This document shows, piece by piece, positions 37,049 through 46,416 of a stretch of DNA of 64,000 bases (position 1 is its first letter; each line of letters opens with the position of its first letter). Source of the DNA: an uncultured Microthrixaceae bacterium (GTDB taxonomy: Bacteria; Actinomycetota; Acidimicrobiia; Acidimicrobiales; DATDAH01); NCBI GenBank assembly GCA_963845425.1, contig CAWJSC010000002.1, forward strand, positions 193,716-257,715, given 5' to 3'. The translations under genes were made by a program, and so were the position numbers. The notes under the pieces are model-generated. The model did no database searches. It worked only from the letters and a program-made list of their open reading frames with translations, and was not told the DNA's origin.

Positions 37049-37834
37049 ATGACGGGACGGTTGGACGGACGGGTCGCGGTGGTGACCGGCGCGGGAGACG
37101 GCATCGGCCGGGCCGTCGCCGGGCGCTTCGTCAAAGAAGGGGCCCGGGTGCTGGTGGCCGAGCTCGACCCGGACAAGGGAGCGGCGGCGGCCGAGGCGCT
37201 CGGTCCCGACACCCGTTTCCTGCTCACCGACGTGTCTCGCAAGGGGGACGTGCTGGCGATGGTGGCCCACGCCGTCGACACCTGGGGCACCGTCGACGTC
37301 CTGGTGAACAACGCGTGGGGCGGCGGACGCCTCAGCAAGGTCGAGAACAAGAGCGACGAGCTCTTCGCCCACGGCTTCGGCGTCGGGTTCTACGGCCCGG
37401 TGTGGGCCATGCAGGCGGCCTTCCCCCACATGCGGGACCAGGGCTACGGCCGGATCATCAACCTCTGCTCGCTCAACGGGGTCAACGCCCACATCGGCAC
37501 CGCCGAGTACAACTCGGCCAAGGAGGCCCTCCGGGCCCTCACCCGGACCGCGGCTCGGGAGTGGGCGCCCCACGGCATCACCGCCAACGTCATCTGCCCG
37601 GGCGCCAAGACCGCAGCGTCCCGGGCGGTGTTCGCCGAGCACCCCGAACTGGAGCTCCTGGCCGATGGCGCGAACCCCATGGGCCGCCTCGGCGACCCCG
37701 ACGAGGACATCGCCCCGGTGGCCCTGTTCCTGGCCTCCGAGGACTGCCGCTACCTCACGGGCAACACGCTCTTCGTGGACGGCGGCAGCCACATCAACGG
37801 GTCCCCCTGGGCCCCGGAGCTGCCCGAGGACTGA
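37049..37834 (+). CDS. Short-chain dehydrogenase/reductase (SDR)
   Basis: ATG 37049 inside track ORF 36953..37834. Motifs: VTGAGDGIGRAVA, NNAW, YNSAKEAL (YxxxK), PGAKT. Confidence 0.9.
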   Translation: MTGRLDGRVAVVTGAGDGIGRAVAGRFVKEGARVLVAELDPDKGAAAAEALGPDTRFLLTDVSRKGDVLAMVAHAVDTWGTVDVLVNNAWGGGRLSKVENKSDELFAHGFGVGFYGPVWAMQAAFPHMRDQGYGRIINLCSLNGVNAHIGTAEYNSAKEALRALTRTAAREWAPHGITANVICPGAKTAASRAVFAEHPELELLADGANPMGRLGDPDEDIAPVALFLASEDCRYLTGNTLFVDGGSHINGSPWAPELPED

Positions 37835-37897
37835 CCGCCGACGCCCGACGCTCCGCTGTGGGAAGCTGCCGGAGGAATCGGCGCTCGGGAGGATCCG

Positions 37898-38353
37898 GTG
37901 TTCCAGCGAATCGTCGTCGGGGTGAACCAGGCGAGCACAGCCGCGTCGGCGGCCGAACGGGCCCTGGAACTGGGCCAGCTCACCGGTGGGGAGGTCCACC
38001 TCGTGTGCGCCCTCGGCGGGGCCGAGCGCGGCGCGCCGCTTTCCGCGATGGTCCCCGGCGCCGCGCTCGCCGGCGGAGCGCCGCCGACGGACGCACCCGG
38101 TCAGGGCGATGCCCGGACCCACGCCGAGAACTTTCTGGCTCGGCTGTCCCGGTCCTCGACCGCCCGCTCCCGCAACCACGTCCTGCCCGGCGAGCCGGCC
38201 GAGATGATCCTGCAGGTGGCCGAGGAGGTCGACGCCGATCTCATCGTCGTCGGCAGCAAAGGCATGCATGGCGCCCGTCGCGTGCTGGGCAGCGTCCCCA
38301 ACACGATCAGCCATCAGGCCGACTGCTCGGTGCTCATCGTCCAAACCGCCTGA
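37898..38353 (+). CDS. Universal stress protein (single UspA domain)
   Basis: 151 aa: FQRIVVGVN..., and a C-terminal GSKGMHGARRVLGSVPNTISHQADCSVLIV. Confidence 0.85.
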   Translation: MFQRIVVGVNQASTAASAAERALELGQLTGGEVHLVCALGGAERGAPLSAMVPGAALAGGAPPTDAPGQGDARTHAENFLARLSRSSTARSRNHVLPGEPAEMILQVAEEVDADLIVVGSKGMHGARRVLGSVPNTISHQADCSVLIVQTA

Positions 38354-38426
38354 AGGCGGCCGGGGGCGGCGACGTAGCCCGTGAACGGCGGCGGGGCCCG
38401 CCAGGCGCGACCGCGCTCTCCATTCC

Positions 38427-39641
38427 TCAGGCGTCGGCCGGTGGGGCGATGTACTCGAAGTGGCCGCTGTCGGGGATGAGCCAGAGGTCCCCCGAGCCGA
38501 AGCCCCAGCGCTCGAAGACCGCCACCAGGCGCTGGTCCTGGACGGTGCTGGTGCCGGTGGGGTTCACCGAGAAGTTCAGGTCGACCGCCGCGCCCCACGC
38601 GTGGCGGGAGAGTTGGCTGCTACCGGCGATCGTGCGGGGGTTGAAGCACCCCTCGAAGCTGGCCACGAGATGGGCCAGGTTGGCGGCGACCAGTTCGGCC
38701 AGCGCCCCTCGCAGGGCGGGCAACAGGGCCCGGTGGCACGTCGTGCGCCCCAGGACAGGGAGATCGACGGTGACGATGTTGTCCGCGACCCAGTCCGGGT
38801 CGAGGGTGACGGGACCCGACCCGGCGGACCGGTAGGCGAACTCGCCGAAGCGGGCCTTGATCAGCGCCTGGGGCAGGACGGCGTCGGCGTGGCGGAGGAA
38901 CGGGGTCTCCCCCGCGGCGCGGGTGCGGACGGCCGCACCGGTGACCGACCGGATGGCCCCGTCCAGCGGGGCCCGGTCGCCCTGGTGGTGCAGCAGGACG
39001 TACCGCTCGGTGGCCACCCCGATGGTCGCCCCGGTGGCCGGGCTGACCACCGCCTCGGCTCCGGCGACGCTGAGGTCGGGCACGACGCCGACCACCGTGA
39101 GCGGGGGACCCGTGGCCAGTTGCAGGCGGCCTCCGACGGCGAGACGGCGCAGGGTGGCCGAGGTCTCGCTCAGGACGACCTCGTCAGGCCCCAGGGCCCC
39201 GAGGACCCGCCGCACGGCGGGAGCCACGAACCGCCCGAAGGCCCTCGGATCGACGGCCAACACGTCGAGCGGCAGCGCCCAGCCGGGCCGCACGCGGTCG
39301 ACGACGCGTCGCGCACCGTCCTCGGTCTCGACCAGGCCCCGGAGGTCGCCCCGGACGACGGTGAGGTCCCGGACCCCGGGCAGGCCCCGCACGGCGTCGG
39401 CGAAGCCGGTCGGCAGCCCCCCGGCCGTCCAGGCCAGCAGGACGCGGTCCTCCACCGGCGGGGCGGTCGTGGGCGCCGGGGCCGTGGGCGGCGGAGTGGC
39501 GGGGGGGACCGTCGGAGCGTTCGTCGTCGCCGTGGTCGACGGTGACGGCGACGGCCCGCTGTCACCCAGGGCCAACGCGCTCCCCAGGCCGACCGCGAGG
39601 CCGATCAGGAGGGCGGCGAGGACGACGAGGGCCCGCCTCAC
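38427..39641 (-). CDS. Membrane-anchored M15 family metallopeptidase with N-terminal MacB-PCD/FtsX-ECD-like domain
   Basis: Track ORF 38427..39731 trimmed to GTG 39641 (GTGA overlap with the anti-sigma stop). It has a TM segment (ALVVLAALLIGLAVGLGSALAL) and a P/T-rich linker. The segment EVVLSETSATLRRLAVGGRLQLATGPPLTVVGVVPD resembles the MacB periplasmic core. The C-terminus SRHAWGAAVDLN...DSGHFEY fits the M15 H-x6-D...H Zn site. Confidence 0.8.
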   Translation of the reverse strand: MRRALVVLAALLIGLAVGLGSALALGDSGPSPSPSTTATTNAPTVPPATPPPTAPAPTTAPPVEDRVLLAWTAGGLPTGFADAVRGLPGVRDLTVVRGDLRGLVETEDGARRVVDRVRPGWALPLDVLAVDPRAFGRFVAPAVRRVLGALGPDEVVLSETSATLRRLAVGGRLQLATGPPLTVVGVVPDLSVAGAEAVVSPATGATIGVATERYVLLHHQGDRAPLDGAIRSVTGAAVRTRAAGETPFLRHADAVLPQALIKARFGEFAYRSAGSGPVTLDPDWVADNIVTVDLPVLGRTTCHRALLPALRGALAELVAANLAHLVASFEGCFNPRTIAGSSQLSRHAWGAAVDLNFSVNPTGTSTVQDQRLVAVFERWGFGSGDLWLIPDSGHFEYIAPPADA

Positions 39642-41488
39642 AGCGGGGTCAGCCCCTCGGCCACGGCCAGCAGCTCCGCCCGGTCCAGCCCCGTGCCCTG
39701 CAGCGTCAGGACCAGCCCCGACTCCACCCATTCCAGGCGGTTGGGCCCGGGCGCGTAGCGGGCGTCGACCCCCCGCACGCGGACGCTCTCGTAGACCAGC
39801 TCGGTCGGCTGGGCGATGCGGCGACCGGGCGTCTGTTGGAACAGGAGGCGCCGGTCGCCCGCCCCCGCCGTGAACAGCACCGCCGTCGCCCCGTCGACCC
39901 GTCCCGCCGCGGCTTCGAACCCCTCCACCTCGAGCCCCAATGCCCCGGGCACCGACCGACGGATGACCTCCGGCGACGCGGAGCGCACCTCGGGCCAGCC
40001 CGGCGGCAGGTCGACCGACGCGACCCCGGAGGCCGCCACGACGGCGAGCAGCGCCTCGGTGCCCACCGAGCCGTCCACCACCAGGTCGAGGTCCTCGCCG
40101 TGCCGGGCCACCCGCCGACCGTCGGGGCTGACGAACACCTCACCGTCGCCCCGCCGAACCGGCCGCACCAGCGGACCGAGCGCGCCGAAGAGGCCCCGCC
40201 CAGACCAGGCGTCGGTGGCCTGCAGTCGGATCCACGCCCGCCCGTCGGTCCAGGACCACACGGCGGTCGGGGTCGGGCCGTCGATGCGCCCGACCCGACC
40301 GAGGGTGAACCCTTCAGGCGCGACCGGCTCGAGGTCCAGGCCGGTCGGGCCGGGGCGGAACCCGGCGTCGCCGGCAATGGTCCCCGCGGGCGGGGTGAAG
40401 CCACCGGCCGGCGGCGCGGCCAGGCGCAGGTCGGTGACCTCCATGGCGATGATCGCCAGGCCCGGCCGGTCGGCGTACCCCCGTTGGGCGGCCCAGGCCC
40501 GGCGCCCCGGGTCGGCCGACGCGAGCACCCGGAGCCGCAAGGGAACCATGTCTTCGGCGTCCAACGACAACTCGACCCGGTCGGTGGGGTGGACCGCCCG
40601 CAGGTTGCCGGCCGGAGCCAGCCCCGCGAGGAGGGGGGCCACCTGCGCCGCGGCGACGGTGACCTCGACGGTCCGTCGCCCAGCCACGGTGCCCTCACCG
40701 ACCACCTCTGCGGTGTCGCGGTCGGAGAAGCTGCGCACGGGCACGACCAGCTCGAGGGGGACCGGGGCGTCGTCGGCGAACGGCGGCCGCCCGCTCACCG
40801 TCCGTTCCCTCGGGGCCGAGGAGCATCCGGGCTGGGCGACCGACGGGCAGTCGGGCACTCCGGTGGCCACCCAGGTGGCGCCGTCGGTGCGCAGGTCCAC
40901 GTCGTTGGGCCGCCAGGCGCCGCTGGGGTAGGTCGAGACGTCCCTCCAGCGCAGGACCAGGGACTCCGGCGCCCGGTAGTCGAGCGAGCCGGTGTACCGC
41001 CGCTCGGGCACCGCCGGGTTCCAGCCCCGCTCGGTGAGGAGGAGCTCGGCCTGTAGCCCGTCAACCCGGGCCTGGGCCGCGGCCACCCGTGCGGGCAGGC
41101 TCTCGGCCGCGACGGGGCGAGGACCGTCGTCGCCCACCCCGACCAGGTTGACCCCGATCAGCACGCCGACGGCCAGCGCGGCCGCGGCCACGGCGACCAG
41201 CGACCGGCTCCCCCGCCGTCGCATCCCGCTCTGGGTACGGGGGTTCGCGCCCTGGTTCGACGGTGAGCACCCGGAATCGACGGCTTCCGCCTCGAGGCGG
41301 GACCGGACCGCCGTGGCCACGTCGGGGACCTCGCCCACGGCCTCGAAGCGCAGGCGGCGACGGAGGTCCTCCGCCGAGTCGAGGAACGTCCGGCAGGACG
41401 CGCAGCGGGCCACGTGCTCGTCCAGGCCCTCGGGTGACAGGCCGTCGAGGCGTTCGGACACCCGGCCGCGGGCATCGGTGCAGGTCAC
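39638..41488 (-). CDS. Anti-sigma factor (zf-HC2) with a large extracytoplasmic domain, 616 aa
   Basis: Track ORF 39638..42190 trimmed to GTG 41488 (GTGA overlap with the sigma-gene stop). It has the HC2 motif HVARCASC and a TM segment (SLVAVAAAALAVGVLIGVNLV). A roughly 480-aa ectodomain follows; LolA-like/DUF4367-like is an impression only. Confidence 0.8.
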   Translation of the reverse strand: MTCTDARGRVSERLDGLSPEGLDEHVARCASCRTFLDSAEDLRRRLRFEAVGEVPDVATAVRSRLEAEAVDSGCSPSNQGANPRTQSGMRRRGSRSLVAVAAAALAVGVLIGVNLVGVGDDGPRPVAAESLPARVAAAQARVDGLQAELLLTERGWNPAVPERRYTGSLDYRAPESLVLRWRDVSTYPSGAWRPNDVDLRTDGATWVATGVPDCPSVAQPGCSSAPRERTVSGRPPFADDAPVPLELVVPVRSFSDRDTAEVVGEGTVAGRRTVEVTVAAAQVAPLLAGLAPAGNLRAVHPTDRVELSLDAEDMVPLRLRVLASADPGRRAWAAQRGYADRPGLAIIAMEVTDLRLAAPPAGGFTPPAGTIAGDAGFRPGPTGLDLEPVAPEGFTLGRVGRIDGPTPTAVWSWTDGRAWIRLQATDAWSGRGLFGALGPLVRPVRRGDGEVFVSPDGRRVARHGEDLDLVVDGSVGTEALLAVVAASGVASVDLPPGWPEVRSASPEVIRRSVPGALGLEVEGFEAAAGRVDGATAVLFTAGAGDRRLLFQQTPGRRIAQPTELVYESVRVRGVDARYAPGPNRLEWVESGLVLTLQGTGLDRAELLAVAEGLTPL

Positions 41489-42023
41489 CGGGCCTGGCTC
41501 CCGGCCTCGCCGGTGTCGGCGGCCATCCAGGCCACCAGCCGCTCCCGGGCCTGGTGGACCCGGCTCTTCACGGTGCCCTCCGGCACCCCCAGGATCACCG
41601 CGGCCTCCCGGTAGCGGTAGCCCAGCACCTCGACCACGAGCAGGGCCTCCCGCAGCTTCGGGCTGAGGGCGTCGAGGCCGGCCGTCAACTCGGCCCCGCC
41701 CTCGGGCGACGGTCCCGTGGCGACCACGGGCACCCCGTCCAGCAGGCGGGCGCCCCGGTCGCGCGCCGCAGCGCGTCGATGCCGGCGTTCCGAGCGATCT
41801 GGAACAGCCACGTGGAGAACCGGGACTGGTGGGCGAAGCCGGCCAGATTGCGGTACGCCCGCAGGAAGGTCTCCTGGGCGAGGTCCTCGGCCAGGCCGGG
41901 ATCCCGCACGAGGTGACACAGGAAGCGCCAGACCGGCTGCTGGTACAGCCGCACCAGGGCCTCGAACGCGTCGAGGTCCCCTGCCGTCGCCGCCCGGAGC
42001 AGGACCGGATCCGGCTCTTCCAC
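41485..42023 (-). pseudogene. ECF (sigma-70 family) RNA polymerase sigma factor, reading frame broken by a 1-nt frameshift
   Basis: Region 2 (FEALVRLYQQPVWRFLCHLVRDPGLAEDLAQETFLRAYRNLAGFAHQSRFSTWLFQIARNAGIDALRR) is in track ORF 41685..42047. Region 4 (LDALSPKLREALLVVEVLGYRYREAAVILGVPEGTVKSRVHQARERL) is in track ORF 41485..41919, a different frame. The switch lies near 41745-41775. The length 42023..41485 is 3n+2. Confidence 0.75.
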
Positions 42024-42158
42024 GGGTCCCGGCCTACTCGCGGCCAACGGGCGTCGTCCACCCGTTCGGGCCTCGGCACGGCTGCACGGTGACTGTGACG
42101 CCCGGTGGGCCCGAATGGTTCGGTGAACCTTGGCCGCCGCTTCGGCGTCTCACCGGGC

Positions 42159-43400
42159 ATGCGACAGCGACCGTTCCCCCTCCTCGGCACCCTCCTCCCC
42201 CTGGCTGCCCTGCTCCTACTGGCGGCGGCGTGCGGCGAGGCCGACGCCGGAAACCGGGCCGCGGCGCCCGCCGTGGTGCCCGACGGCCCCCTCCACCTGC
42301 CGACGGTCGACGGCCTGGCCGCCGTCGACGCCCGCAGTGGGGCGGTGGCCTACGAGGCGCCCGGCGCGGTGGCGTCCGCCGACGGGTTGGTGGTGGCCCG
42401 CGCCGTCGTCCGCCCCGACCGCACCACCCGGGTCCTCTGGCTGGACCCCACCGACGGTCACCGCACCGCAAGTGCCCGGATCGACGAGCCGGCGGCCATC
42501 CGGGTCGTCGCCCCCGACGGTCGGGTGGCGCTGGGGCCGCCGGACATCCCCCTCGGCGGGCTCGTGCGCCCGGTGGCCCGGTCCGCCACCGCCCTCACCG
42601 TGGCCGCGCCCGACGGCACGGTGCGCACGTACCGCCTGGACGGGAGCATCGAGCCCGAGGCCTTCAGCACCGACGGGGCCAGCCTGTTCGTGCTCGGCTT
42701 CACCCCCGCCGAGAACCCGACCGAGTACCAGGTCAACAAGCTGGACCTCGCCACCGGCGAGATCGACGGCGTCTACGGCCAGGACAGCCCCGACGAGCGC
42801 CAGGAGCGCATGGGCGGCACCGCCCGCACCCAGGCGTGGGACCCCGAAGGCGACGTCGTGTACACGCTCTACAGCCAGGAGGTCGACGGCCGGCCGGCGT
42901 CGTTCATCCACGTCCTCGATCTCGACGAGGGCTGGGCCTTCTGCCTGGATCTCCCCCAGGCGATCGGCTGGTCGGCGCCGGCGGCATTGGCCGTGTCCCC
43001 CGACGGTGGCCGCCTGTGGGTGGCCGATGCCGCCGGCCACGGCGCGGTCGTCGACACCGGGGCCCTCGAGGTGCTCGACGCCGGCCGCTTCCGGTCACCC
43101 GGCCCCTACGGCCTCGCCGCCGTCAGCGACGGCGAGCGCCTCTACCTCGGCTCCGGGGACCGCGTCACCGTGCTGAACGGCGATGACCTCTCCCGGCTGG
43201 CCCGCTGGCGGACGACCCGGACGATCATCACCCTGCGCCTTCACCTGGCCGACGAGCGCCTGGTGGCGGTGACCGACGGGCAACTCACGACCTTCCCGTT
43301 GCGGTCCCCGGAGCGAGATCCCGCGGGCCGGGACCTGCCCTTCTCCCAACCGATCGTGGTCACCGACCCCGCCCTCACGAACGCTGAATGCGCGTGTTGA
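42159..43400 (+). CDS. Lipoprotein, probable beta-propeller repeat protein
   Basis: ATG 42159 inside track ORF 42105..43400. Signal peptide plus lipobox MRQRPFPLLGTLLPLAALLLLAAAC. Repeated short PDG/SxDG segments (AVSPDGGRLWVAD, AAVSDGERLYLGS) suggest YncE/LVIVD-like blades. Confidence 0.75.
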   Translation: MRQRPFPLLGTLLPLAALLLLAAACGEADAGNRAAAPAVVPDGPLHLPTVDGLAAVDARSGAVAYEAPGAVASADGLVVARAVVRPDRTTRVLWLDPTDGHRTASARIDEPAAIRVVAPDGRVALGPPDIPLGGLVRPVARSATALTVAAPDGTVRTYRLDGSIEPEAFSTDGASLFVLGFTPAENPTEYQVNKLDLATGEIDGVYGQDSPDERQERMGGTARTQAWDPEGDVVYTLYSQEVDGRPASFIHVLDLDEGWAFCLDLPQAIGWSAPAALAVSPDGGRLWVADAAGHGAVVDTGALEVLDAGRFRSPGPYGLAAVSDGERLYLGSGDRVTVLNGDDLSRLARWRTTRTIITLRLHLADERLVAVTDGQLTTFPLRSPERDPAGRDLPFSQPIVVTDPALTNAECAC

Positions 43401-43523
43401 GGGTCACCAGCCCGGCGGGCTCTACCCGGCCGAGACCCTGATCCGGGCCCTGTCGGGCGAGGTGGCAGAAACAGTGGGGACCATGTCATTGACGCCATCG
43501 GCCACCCGGGGCACCCTCGGGGG

Positions 43524-44483
43524 GTGCAGCGCGTGGTCATCGTCACCTTCCCCGGCCTCCAACCGCTGGACGCGGTCGGCCCTCACGAGGTCTTCGCCGG
43601 GGCCAACCGGGGTCTCCCGGCCGACGAGCGGTACCAGATCGAGGTGGTCGCGCGGGAGCCAGGCCCCGTCACCACCGAGAGCGGCCTGGTGCTGCACGCG
43701 GCGGGCCTGGGCGGCGCCGCCGGGATCGGGACGCTGCTGCTGACCGGCGGCGGCGGGGTGACCGAGGCCGCCGAGGACGAGGCCCTCGTCGAGTGGATCC
43801 GGCGGGCCGCCGCAGGGGCCGACCGGGTGGCGACCGTCTGCAGCGGGACCTTCCTGGCCGGCGCCGCCGGCCTGATCGACGGGCGTCGGGTCACCACGCA
43901 CTGGGCCGGGGCCGGCCGCCTCGCCGAGCGCCATCCCACCGCCGTGGTCGACCCCGACCCGATCTACCTCCGCGACGGCGACCTCTGGACGTCCGCCGGG
44001 GTGACCGCCGGCATCGACCTGGCCCTGGCCCTCGTAGAGGAGGACCACGGCGCCGAGCTGGCCCAGACCATAGCCCGCTGGCTGGTGATGTTCCTGCGCC
44101 GCCCCGGTGGCCAGTCCCAGTTCGCCGTGCCGGTGTGGACCGACGCCGTCGCCCCCGGGCCGATCCGCCAGGCCCAGGACCTGGTCCACGCCGAGCCCGG
44201 GGCCGACTGGCGGGTCGAGGCGTTGGCCCGACGGGTCGGCCTCAGCCCCCGCCACTTCAGCCGCTCGTTCAGCGAACAGGTGGGCCAGTCGCCGGGGCAC
44301 TACGTGACCACGGTGCGGGTCGAGGCCGCCCGCCGCCTGCTCGAGCAGGAGCCCACGGCGACCATCGCCGTGGTCGCTCGCCGCTGCGGGTTCGGCACTG
44401 CCGAGAGCCTGCGCCGGGCCTTCCTCCGCCGCCTCGGGGTGCCCCCCGAGCAGTACCGCCGCCGCTTCGCCGTCACCCCCTGA
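43524..44483 (+). CDS. GlxA-family transcriptional regulator (DJ-1/PfpI domain + AraC HTH)
   Basis: 319 aa. N-terminal DJ-1-like domain with VCSGTFLAGAAGLIDGRRVTTHW. C-terminal AraC HTH (LARRVGLSPRHFSRSFSEQVGQSPGHYV...VARRCGFGTAESLRRAF). Confidence 0.9.
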   Translation: MQRVVIVTFPGLQPLDAVGPHEVFAGANRGLPADERYQIEVVAREPGPVTTESGLVLHAAGLGGAAGIGTLLLTGGGGVTEAAEDEALVEWIRRAAAGADRVATVCSGTFLAGAAGLIDGRRVTTHWAGAGRLAERHPTAVVDPDPIYLRDGDLWTSAGVTAGIDLALALVEEDHGAELAQTIARWLVMFLRRPGGQSQFAVPVWTDAVAPGPIRQAQDLVHAEPGADWRVEALARRVGLSPRHFSRSFSEQVGQSPGHYVTTVRVEAARRLLEQEPTATIAVVARRCGFGTAESLRRAFLRRLGVPPEQYRRRFAVTP

Positions 44484-44516
44484 ACCACCCCACCACCCAC
44501 CGACCAGGAGCCCACC

Positions 44517-45155
44517 GTGCAGATCGCCATCCCCCTCTACCAGCGCCTCACCGCCCTCGACGCGATCGGGCCCTACGAGGTGCTCCAGCGCCTCCCCGGG
44601 GCCACGGTGACCTTCGTGGGCACCCAGGTCGGTGAGGTCCGCACCGAGAACGGCTTCCTCGGCCTGACCGTCGACGCCCTCGTCGGCGACCTTCCCCAGC
44701 CCGACGTCATCGTCGTGCCCGGCGGCATCGGCAGCCGGGAGGCGGTCGAGGACGGCGTGCTCGTCGACTGGATCCGCTCGGCCCACGACACCACCACCTT
44801 CACGACCAGCGTGTGCACCGGCTCCTTCGTGCTGGGCGCGGCCGGGCTGCTGGCGGGCCTGACGGCCACCACTCACTGGAGCGTCCTGAACGAGCTCGAG
44901 GCCTACGGCGCCGTGCCCACGACGGACCGGGTGGTCGAGCACCTGGACCAGCGGATCATCACCGCCGCCGGCGTCTCCTCCGGGATCGACATGGCCCTGC
45001 GCCTGAGCGAGCTGCTGGTCGACGACGTGGCCGCCAAGGCCATGCAGCTCATGATCGAGTACGACCCCCAGCCCCCCTTCGACGCCGGTCACCTCGACCG
45101 GGCGGGCGACGCCGTGGTCGAGCGGGTCATCGAGTACGCCGCCCTCAAGGACTGA
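44517..45155 (+). CDS. DJ-1/PfpI family protein (isonitrile-hydratase/amidase-like)
   Basis: 212 aa. Nucleophile elbow SVCTGSFVLGAAGLLAGLTATTHW and GVSSGIDMAL. AGGAG RBS, GTG start. Confidence 0.9.
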   Translation: MQIAIPLYQRLTALDAIGPYEVLQRLPGATVTFVGTQVGEVRTENGFLGLTVDALVGDLPQPDVIVVPGGIGSREAVEDGVLVDWIRSAHDTTTFTTSVCTGSFVLGAAGLLAGLTATTHWSVLNELEAYGAVPTTDRVVEHLDQRIITAAGVSSGIDMALRLSELLVDDVAAKAMQLMIEYDPQPPFDAGHLDRAGDAVVERVIEYAALKD

Positions 45156-45237
45156 TCGCGCCTACTCCCCGGGGCGTACGGCCGGATACCTCCCGGGGCC
45201 GACGACGGCGGCCGGGGCCTGCCGTAACGTCGAGCGG

Positions 45238-46416
45238 GTGAGACGACTGTGGGACGGCGCGCGCGGCGCCAACCCCCTCATGTGGGACAGCCTGCTCGCG
45301 CTGGTGATCATGGTCGCGTCACTGCTCGGCCTGCAGGCCGAGCCGACCGAGCTGACGCCCACCCCGACCGACCCCCTGGCTGTCCTCCTCGTGGTCGTGG
45401 GCACCGGGGTGCTCGCCATCCGACGCCGCAACCCGCTCATCGCCCTGTGGGTGGCCATGGCCACCACCGCGGTCTCGGCGATCCGGGACTACCTCGAGAC
45501 CGGCCTGCCCATCGCGGTGATCATCACCTTCTACACCGCCGCCTCGCTGGTGCCGCGGCGCAAGTGGCTCCCCGCGGCCGGCGTGATCGTGGGCTTCCTG
45601 GCCTTCATGGCGATCTTCCGGGGCGAGGACGTCAGCGTCGGCAACTTCGTGGCGAACCTCGCCATCTACGGGATCGCCGCCGCCTTCGGGGACAGCACGG
45701 CGACCCGCCGGGCCAACACCCGGGCCCTGGAACTGCGGGCCGAGGCCCTCGAGCAGAACCAGGCCATCCAGGCCGAACAGGCCGTGGCCGAGGAGCGCCT
45801 GCGCATCGCCCGTCAGCTCCATGACGTGGTCGCCCACGCCCTCGCGGTCATCGCGGTCCAGTCCGGCGTCGGCGGCCACGTCATCGACACCGACCCCGGC
45901 GAGGCCAAGCGGGTGCTGGACAACATCAACCAGGCCAGCCGGGAGACCCTCGACGAGATGCGGCGCATGCTCGGCGTCCTCCGGGGTGAGGACGGGTCGA
46001 AGATGGACCTGGCCCCCGCGCCCGGCCTCGGCGACCTCGACCAGCTCGTCCAGACCATTCGGGACGCCGGGGTCGAGGTCACACTCGAGGTGACCGGGGA
46101 CCAGGACCGGGTCCCCGCCGGGACGGCACTGACGGCGTTTCGCATCGTCCAGGAGGCGCTGACCAACGTGCTCAAGCACGCCGGCCCGGCCCGGGCCGAC
46201 GTCAAGGTCGCCTGTGACCCCGGGGTGATCCGGGTGGAGGTGTGCGACGACGGCCGGGGCGCCGCCGCCACCACCGACCCCTCGGTCACCCATCTCGGCC
46301 TGATCGGCATGCGGGAGCGGGTGACGCCCTACGGCGGCGACCTCGACGTGGGACCCCGGACCGGCGGCGGCTGGCGGGTCTGCGCCACCCTCCCCTACGA
46401 GCGGGTGACGGTGTGA
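45238..46416 (+). CDS. Membrane sensor histidine kinase (HisKA_3 class)
   Basis: 392 aa. About 5 TM segments with no large sensor domain. H-box ERLRIARQLHDVVAHAL. ATPase motifs EALTNVLKHA, DDGRG, GLIGMRERV. Confidence 0.9.
   Translation: MRRLWDGARGANPLMWDSLLALVIMVASLLGLQAEPTELTPTPTDPLAVLLVVVGTGVLAIRRRNPLIALWVAMATTAVSAIRDYLETGLPIAVIITFYTAASLVPRRKWLPAAGVIVGFLAFMAIFRGEDVSVGNFVANLAIYGIAAAFGDSTATRRANTRALELRAEALEQNQAIQAEQAVAEERLRIARQLHDVVAHALAVIAVQSGVGGHVIDTDPGEAKRVLDNINQASRETLDEMRRMLGVLRGEDGSKMDLAPAPGLGDLDQLVQTIRDAGVEVTLEVTGDQDRVPAGTALTAFRIVQEALTNVLKHAGPARADVKVACDPGVIRVEVCDDGRGAAATTDPSVTHLGLIGMRERVTPYGGDLDVGPRTGGGWRVCATLPYERVTV

Noticed and set aside
41489-42190. N-terminal part of track ORF 39638..42190 (850 aa, -)
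   Set aside because: It reads through the sigma-factor locus in a third, R/G/P-rich frame. The anti-sigma zf-HC2 motif follows GTG 41488.
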